Under the pieces are notes generated by a model. It was not told the origin of the DNA, searched no databases, and saw nothing but the letters and a program-made list of their open reading frames with translations. 28,576 nt of DNA, from positions 1 through 28,576 of the forward strand of contig JBCAXI010000001.1 of NCBI GenBank assembly GCA_038534175.1, read 5' to 3'. Within the stretch, counting starts at the first letter, position 1; each line of letters opens with the position of its first letter. Below, piece by piece: positions 24,836 through 28,576 of the stretch. The translations under genes were made by a program, and so were the position numbers. Source of the stretch: Planctomycetota bacterium (GTDB taxonomy: Bacteria; Planctomycetota; Phycisphaerae; Phycisphaerales; UBA1924).

Positions 24836-25975
24836 ATGATCGACCAACGAGTGGCGGGGGTGTGCCTTGGTGTGGTGTTCGCGGCGGTGGCGGCGGCCCA
24901 GCCGCGGGTGCTGTTTGTCCGAGGCGCCGAGCGCAGCGGCGGCTTTTTCGAGGCCGGCAACGACGCGGGTCTCACCGAGCAGCTCGCCGATATCAACAAC
25001 ACGGCGACCGGCGGCGGCAACCACGGCTGGTTTGAGTTCGCCGAGGCGCTCCGCGCCGATGGCTTCGTCGTTGAGCAGATCATCGAGCCGCTCGAGGTTG
25101 GGGCGCCCTCCACGGGCCAGACCGACGGCGCCCCGATCGCGTTCGAGTCGATCGATCTGAGCGTCTACGACGCGCTCGTCTTCGGCTCCAACAACGCGGT
25201 CTACCCGAGCGCCAGCGTCGACGCGGTGGAGGCGTACGTGCGTACCGGCGGCGCCGCGATGTTCATCAGTGATGCCAATTTCGGCTCCGACTGGCCCGAC
25301 GCCTCGACCTCGGACCAGTTCTTTCTCGATCGCTTCGGCTGGGTCATGCAGCAGGATCGCGGCACCTATCGCCTCGGCCGCGCCGACGGCGACTTCCTCG
25401 AGCCCGACGCCGCCATCCTCGCTAACGTCGACGACATCGACGGCGAGGGCGTCTCGCCCATCGTTGTGCCGACGACGGATCTGCCCGGCGTCGAGAGCCT
25501 GCTCGTCGTGCGCGCAAACCCGGGCAGCCAGACGCGCAACAACGACTCGACCAGCGGGCAGGGCAGCAGCCGGCCCGTCGGGCCGCAGGACGCCGCGCTC
25601 GCCGTCGCGTTCGTCGAGTGCGGCCGCATCGCCGGGCACTACGACCGCAACACGTTCTTCAATCTCAACGGCGCCGGCACCAGTATCAACCGCTTCGACA
25701 ACATGGCCTACGCGGTGCAGCTCGTCCGCTGGCTGGCGATCGACCCGGCGGACATCACGTCGGAGGGCGTGTGCGACGCGACGGGTGCCGCCAGCGCCGT
25801 CGATGGCGCCGTCACGCTGAGCGATTTCGGTTGTTACCTGAGCGAGTGGTCGAATAACACCGTCGCCGCGGACATCACCACCGACGGCGCCTGCCAGCCC
25901 GGCTTCGGCGGCGACGGCGTGACGCTGAGCGATTTCTCGTGCTACCTGTCGCGGTGGGCGCAGAGCTGCCCGTGA
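24836..25975 (+). CDS. secreted protein, probable class I GATase-like/ThuA-like alpha-beta domain, with C-terminal dockerin-like module
   Basis: ggaggt SD; signal peptide ends in AAA-Q. PRVLF..., HGW..FAEALRADGFVVE, LSVYDALVFGS and AVEAYVRTGGAAMFISD are characteristic of GATase-like folds. Ends in ...SCYLSRWAQSCP. Confidence 0.75.
   Translation: MIDQRVAGVCLGVVFAAVAAAQPRVLFVRGAERSGGFFEAGNDAGLTEQLADINNTATGGGNHGWFEFAEALRADGFVVEQIIEPLEVGAPSTGQTDGAPIAFESIDLSVYDALVFGSNNAVYPSASVDAVEAYVRTGGAAMFISDANFGSDWPDASTSDQFFLDRFGWVMQQDRGTYRLGRADGDFLEPDAAILANVDDIDGEGVSPIVVPTTDLPGVESLLVVRANPGSQTRNNDSTSGQGSSRPVGPQDAALAVAFVECGRIAGHYDRNTFFNLNGAGTSINRFDNMAYAVQLVRWLAIDPADITSEGVCDATGAASAVDGAVTLSDFGCYLSEWSNNTVAADITTDGACQPGFGGDGVTLSDFSCYLSRWAQSCP
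25742..25972 (+). repeat. C-terminal dockerin-like (GC-type) module, copy 5 (variant)
   Basis: DPADITSEGVC-x19-CYLSEW...ADITTDGAC-x15-CYLSRWAQSCP. It lacks the N-terminal Cys and has a Cys pair in both halves. Confidence 0.8.
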
Positions 25976-25987
25976 CGCGCATCGAGA

Positions 25988-26109
25988 TCAGTTCGTTTCG
26001 CCGCCCGCGAAGCGCATCAACGCTGGGTGGCGCTCGGCCTTCTTGTCGCGCAGCTTATGAATGACCAGCTCGGGCACCATCGGCGCCAGCTTGCTCAGGT
26101 CGTCGCCCA
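25988..26109 (-). repeat. coaD 3' end, second copy (direct repeat of 27367-27488)
   Basis: Ungapped at offset 1379. Core 26004-26109 vs 27383-27488 is 95/106 identical (hand count), 26067-26109 is a 43-bp perfect match, and the stop codons coincide. Confidence 0.95.
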
Positions 26110-26110
26110 G

Positions 26111-26206
26111 CAGCGTTGTCGTCGCGTGCTCCATGCGTACGGGGCGACGCTCGTCCCATAGGTCGTTGGCGGCAAGAGCGTCGGTGGAGATGACACAGAG
26201 TCCCAT
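26111..26206 (-). repeat. MBL-gene 5' end, second diverged copy (homologous to 24601-24696)
   Basis: See 24601-24696; about 65% nt identity, same length, same start position. Confidence 0.85.
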
Positions 26207-26213
26207 TGCAAAC

Positions 26214-26219
26214 AGGCTA
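26214..26219 (-). promoter_or_regulatory. putative -10 hexamer upstream of the chimeric ORF
   Basis: TAGCCT 7 nt before ATG 26206, the same geometry as at the intact MBL gene. Confidence 0.45.
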
Positions 26220-26284
26220 CTGCAGCGTTGTCTTGTGTGAGTCGCTCAACGTGCGGCGCCTATTGAGACACTAACCTGTCATGA

Positions 26285-27370
26285 TCAATCCGCGTTTATC
26301 CGCTTGACAATGGAGAGCAGATTCCCGCCGACGTCGTCCTCGTCATCGGGAAACACGTGCTCACCAACAAGCTGTCCTAGCTTGCGTCGAAGCTCAACAA
26401 CCAGTCTCTTGCCGTATTTCTCCAATTCACACGCATGATTGATCAACGCGCCGCAGGCCGGGACAAACAACTGCGATTCTCCAATGTCATCAGCTTCATG
26501 CACGACGATGTCCACAAGCGTGGGAACAACGACATCCAATCGCGCCACAGATTCTCCAAGGCCGTCCACCGCATACTCAGCGCATACCTCGCATGTCGAT
26601 GCCGCTCGCTTAATCAGCAACTCGGCAACCTTATCGTTCCTGGGCGCAATGCTCGCGAGGGCGCCCAGCTTTGCGTGTTCCTCGTCGCCTCGGCAAGCGC
26701 CTTCGGTGAGTTGTTCTATCCAGTCATTGACAACGGATGGCACGACTTCCGAGACGCTCGGACCGATGTGCCATAGGGCGCCTATAGCGTTGGCTCGAAC
26801 GTATGGTGACGGAGCGTGCAACCGCATCGCGATCTCACGGATGAGGTCCGGATCCTGACCTGCAACAGACGCCAACGCCTCGCAGAGCCCCTGCTCGTAC
26901 TCCCCGGATCTCACATCAAGTATCCGCAGTAACTCGGGCGCCAAAGCTCTTCCGTTCGCACCAATTTCCTGGCAGATCACAGCGATCGTCCTGAATCCGC
27001 TTGATGTGGCGCCGAGCGCCTGTATGGCTTCGGGCGTTTCCAGCGCCAACTCGCCGATGCACCGAAGAAACATGTGTGCGGCAAGGTGCCAGACAATCGC
27101 CTTTGAAGCCGATAGATTTTCTAGCGAGTTGCCTGCAGCGCCCCGTTCGGGATCGCTGGCATCTGCCACGCCCACGAGCCGCATGATGATCTCAGACGAA
27201 TCTCTTTGTGACTCTTTGGCTAGGAAGTGAATCGCGTCACGCACTTGGCGGGTATTGCTCGGAACATCCAAGTCTTTGAAGTAGTATCCGCCTGCAAAGG
27301 GCCGCTGCTTTTGGTCGCCGATAAGCCGGCGAATGCGCTCCGCGATCTCCTCTTTCGACAGCGCGCTCAC
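26285..27370 (-). CDS. low-GC hypothetical protein with HEAT/ARM-like helical repeats
   Basis: 361-aa ORF whose GTG overlaps the coaD TGA (GTGA at 27370-27367). HEAT-like segments (LHAPSPYVRANAIGALWHIG; CAEYAVDGLG...VVPTLVDIV) and many A/T-ending codons. Confidence 0.7.
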   Translation of the reverse strand: MSALSKEEIAERIRRLIGDQKQRPFAGGYYFKDLDVPSNTRQVRDAIHFLAKESQRDSSEIIMRLVGVADASDPERGAAGNSLENLSASKAIVWHLAAHMFLRCIGELALETPEAIQALGATSSGFRTIAVICQEIGANGRALAPELLRILDVRSGEYEQGLCEALASVAGQDPDLIREIAMRLHAPSPYVRANAIGALWHIGPSVSEVVPSVVNDWIEQLTEGACRGDEEHAKLGALASIAPRNDKVAELLIKRAASTCEVCAEYAVDGLGESVARLDVVVPTLVDIVVHEADDIGESQLFVPACGALINHACELEKYGKRLVVELRRKLGQLVGEHVFPDDEDDVGGNLLSIVKRINAD

Positions 27371-27488
27371 CCCTCTCCATCCCCCGCGAAGCGCATGAGC
27401 GCCGGATGCCGCTCCGCCTTCTTGTCGCGCAGCTTGCCGATGACAAGCTCGGGCACCATCGGCGCCAGCTTGCTCAGGTCGTCGCCCA
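27367..27488 (-). repeat. coaD 3' end, intact copy (direct repeat of 25988-26109)
   Basis: See 25988-26109. Confidence 0.95.
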
Positions 27489-27936
27489 TCGCCGTGATCT
27501 GCTTGATGAGCGAGCTGGACGTGTAGGCGAAGCTCTGGCCCGCGACGACGAAGGCGGTTTCGAGGCCCGCGACCTCGCGGTTGGTGATCGCTTGTTGGAC
27601 CTCGTATTGCAGGTCGGAGAGGTTGCGCACGCCGCGGAGGATGGCCATCGCGCCGACATCGCGGGCGAAATCGACCGTGAGTCCGCCGAAGGGCTCGACG
27701 CGCACGCCCCCGGCGTCGGGCTCGTCGCGCTCGAGCGCGCCCACGAGCGTGCGCGTCATCGCGACGCGTTCATCGCTGGAGAACAGCGGGTCCTTGCCCG
27801 GGTTCACGCCCACGCCCACCACGACCTCGTCGAACAGGCGCCGCCCGCGCGCGATCACGTCGAGGTGTCCGAAGGTGATCGGATCAAACGAGCCGGGATA
27901 GACGGCGCGGTGGAATCGAACAGGTGTGTCGGGCAC
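27367..27936 (-). CDS. coaD: pantetheine-phosphate adenylyltransferase
   Basis: AVYPGSFDPITFGHLDVI.RG, VGVNPGKDPLFS.DER, AILRGVR..SD..YE...A.TNR, LET.F and SSSLIKQI; short C-terminal extension KKAERHPALMRFAGDGEG. Confidence 0.97.
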   Translation of the reverse strand: MPDTPVRFHRAVYPGSFDPITFGHLDVIARGRRLFDEVVVGVGVNPGKDPLFSSDERVAMTRTLVGALERDEPDAGGVRVEPFGGLTVDFARDVGAMAILRGVRNLSDLQYEVQQAITNREVAGLETAFVVAGQSFAYTSSSLIKQITAMGDDLSKLAPMVPELVIGKLRDKKAERHPALMRFAGDGEG

Positions 27937-27942
27937 GCCTGG

Positions 27943-27948
27943 AGTGTA
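27943..27948 (-). promoter_or_regulatory. putative -10 hexamer for leaderless coaD
   Basis: TACACT 6 nt before GTG 27936. The context cgTACACTcc is identical to that at cysS. Confidence 0.6.
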
Positions 27949-28211
27949 CGAAGGCTCGATTCTCGGACGCCCGCTGGCGTGGCGCCCGGGCCGGCGGGTG
28001 AAGCGGGGCGGTTGATTCGGGCTGTGGGGCGCGTGGACGTTGGGCTCGGGCGTTCACCGGAGCGCAACGCTGGCGTTCGGCGCCTCGGCATCACACGATT
28101 GCTCGAACGACGTTGGGGTGTGGGTCCGCGGGGGCCGACGCCGGCGACGACGTCCTGAGCCCCTGCACGTGCCCCGGCCGGCCGCCTCACCGCGCCGGGG
28201 TCACTCGTTGG

Positions 28212-28241
28212 CACGAGCCCACGCGCGAGCGTGGGCTCGTG
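28212..28241. other. perfect stem-loop without U-tract (terminator or REP-like)
   Basis: 13-bp stem cacgagcccacgc/gcgtgggctcgtg with gcga loop, about 80 nt downstream of the AhpD-like gene stop. Confidence 0.55.
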
Positions 28242-28266
28242 TCACTTGGGCCCGAGGCCGTTTGCC

Positions 28267-28300
28267 CGATCGACCGGCTCGATCGACTGGCTCGATCAAC
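28267..28300. repeat. short tandem repeat, 13-bp unit x about 2.6
   Basis: cgatcgaccggct | cgatcgactggct | cgatcaac. Confidence 0.6.
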
Positions 28301-28323
28301 GCCGCATGCTGCAATGCGGATCG

Positions 28324-28576
28324 TCAGATCGACGGCGCCGCCGGGAAGTCGACCTCGGTCTCGTTCACGTGGTTGAAGAAGTTGGTGAATGTCGCGAAGG
28401 CGTACACCGCGACGGCCTCGGCGACCGCGCCGTCCGAGAAGCCCGCGCTCTTGAACTTCTCGACGTCCTCGTCGCTGACGAACCCACGTTTCTCGTGGAG
28501 CGCGGTCGCGAGCCGCGTGACGGCCTCGAGCTTGGCGTCGCCCTCGATCACGCCGCGACGCGCGGCGACGGTCTGC
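28324..28576 (-). CDS. 5'-truncated carboxymuconolactone decarboxylase / AhpD-like family protein
   Basis: The frame is open to the window end (QTVAARRG...). DAKLEAV.RLA..L.EKRGFVSDEDV..F..AGFSD..VAE.VA..A...FTN.FN.V.ET.VDFP is the typical C-terminal half of this family. Confidence 0.82.
   Translation of the reverse strand, partial: QTVAARRGVIEGDAKLEAVTRLATALHEKRGFVSDEDVEKFKSAGFSDGAVAEAVAVYAFATFTNFFNHVNETEVDFPAAPSI

Larger units (their letters stand above)
25988..26206 (-). pseudogene. in-frame chimeric ORF: 32 codons of MBL-gene 5' end fused to about 40 codons of coaD 3' end
   Basis: MGLCVISTDALAANDLWDERRPVRMEHATTTL matches the MBL N-terminus, and GDDLSKLAPMVPELVIHKLRDKKAERHPALMRFAG matches the CoaD C-terminus. 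The ATG aligns with the MBL start and the TGA aligns with the coaD stop. Confidence 0.85.
26110..27488 (-). mobile_element. putative horizontally acquired 1379-bp unit (coaD 3' end - HEAT-like gene - MBL 5' end); no mobility gene
   Basis: Bounded by the coaD-3' direct repeat. The interior is about 48-55% GC in sampled 60-mers against about 70-77% in the flanks. No integrase or transposase lies in the window. Confidence 0.5.

Noticed and set aside
26004-27488. Reading the coaD direct repeat as attL/attR of a phage or integrative element
   Set aside because: There is no integrase, the enclosed DNA is only about 1.3 kb, and the MBL 5' fragment inside it is not explained by site-specific integration. 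It cannot be fully excluded as a remnant.
1-28576. tRNA, rRNA, tmRNA, SRP RNA or a known riboswitch
   Set aside because: No cloverleaf, T-loop/CCA pattern or recognisable conserved RNA motif was found by eye in any intergenic region. An Rfam/tRNAscan run would be needed to exclude them.

Overview
High-GC (about 70% by eye) bacterial DNA, most likely from a Phycisphaerales-like member of Planctomycetota. This is inferred from the GC-terminal dockerin-like domains, a planctomycete-type long sigma-70-like protein and a PEGA lipoprotein. 1-6842 holds four tandem, probably secreted proteins: a partial beta-propeller/di-heme cytochrome c enzyme, a bacterial lysyl oxidase, a repeat-loop propeller and an M43 metalloprotease. 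All four end in the same 73-aa Cys-containing dockerin-like module, and a fifth carrier lies at 24836-25975. 7047-13219 holds GH57, a NeuD/PglD-like acetyltransferase, mqnA, a degenerate sigma-70-like gene and gatB. 13259-24696 is a long minus-strand run: MBL-fold gene, amt, atypical P-II, cysS, lptF, ArnT-like GT, PAP2, lptG, DUF4870, lptB, PEGA lipoprotein. 24600-27936 has the most unusual structure: two stacked units of the form [coaD 3' end - cargo gene - MBL 5' end]. They are joined by an in-frame MBL::coaD chimeric ORF, and one unit carries a low-GC HEAT-like gene. Many housekeeping genes have a TAnnnT hexamer 5-7 nt before the start codon and no Shine-Dalgarno, which suggests leaderless transcription. 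No rRNA, tRNA, CRISPR array, integrase or transposase was seen. All identities and GC values are hand counts; no database searches were run.
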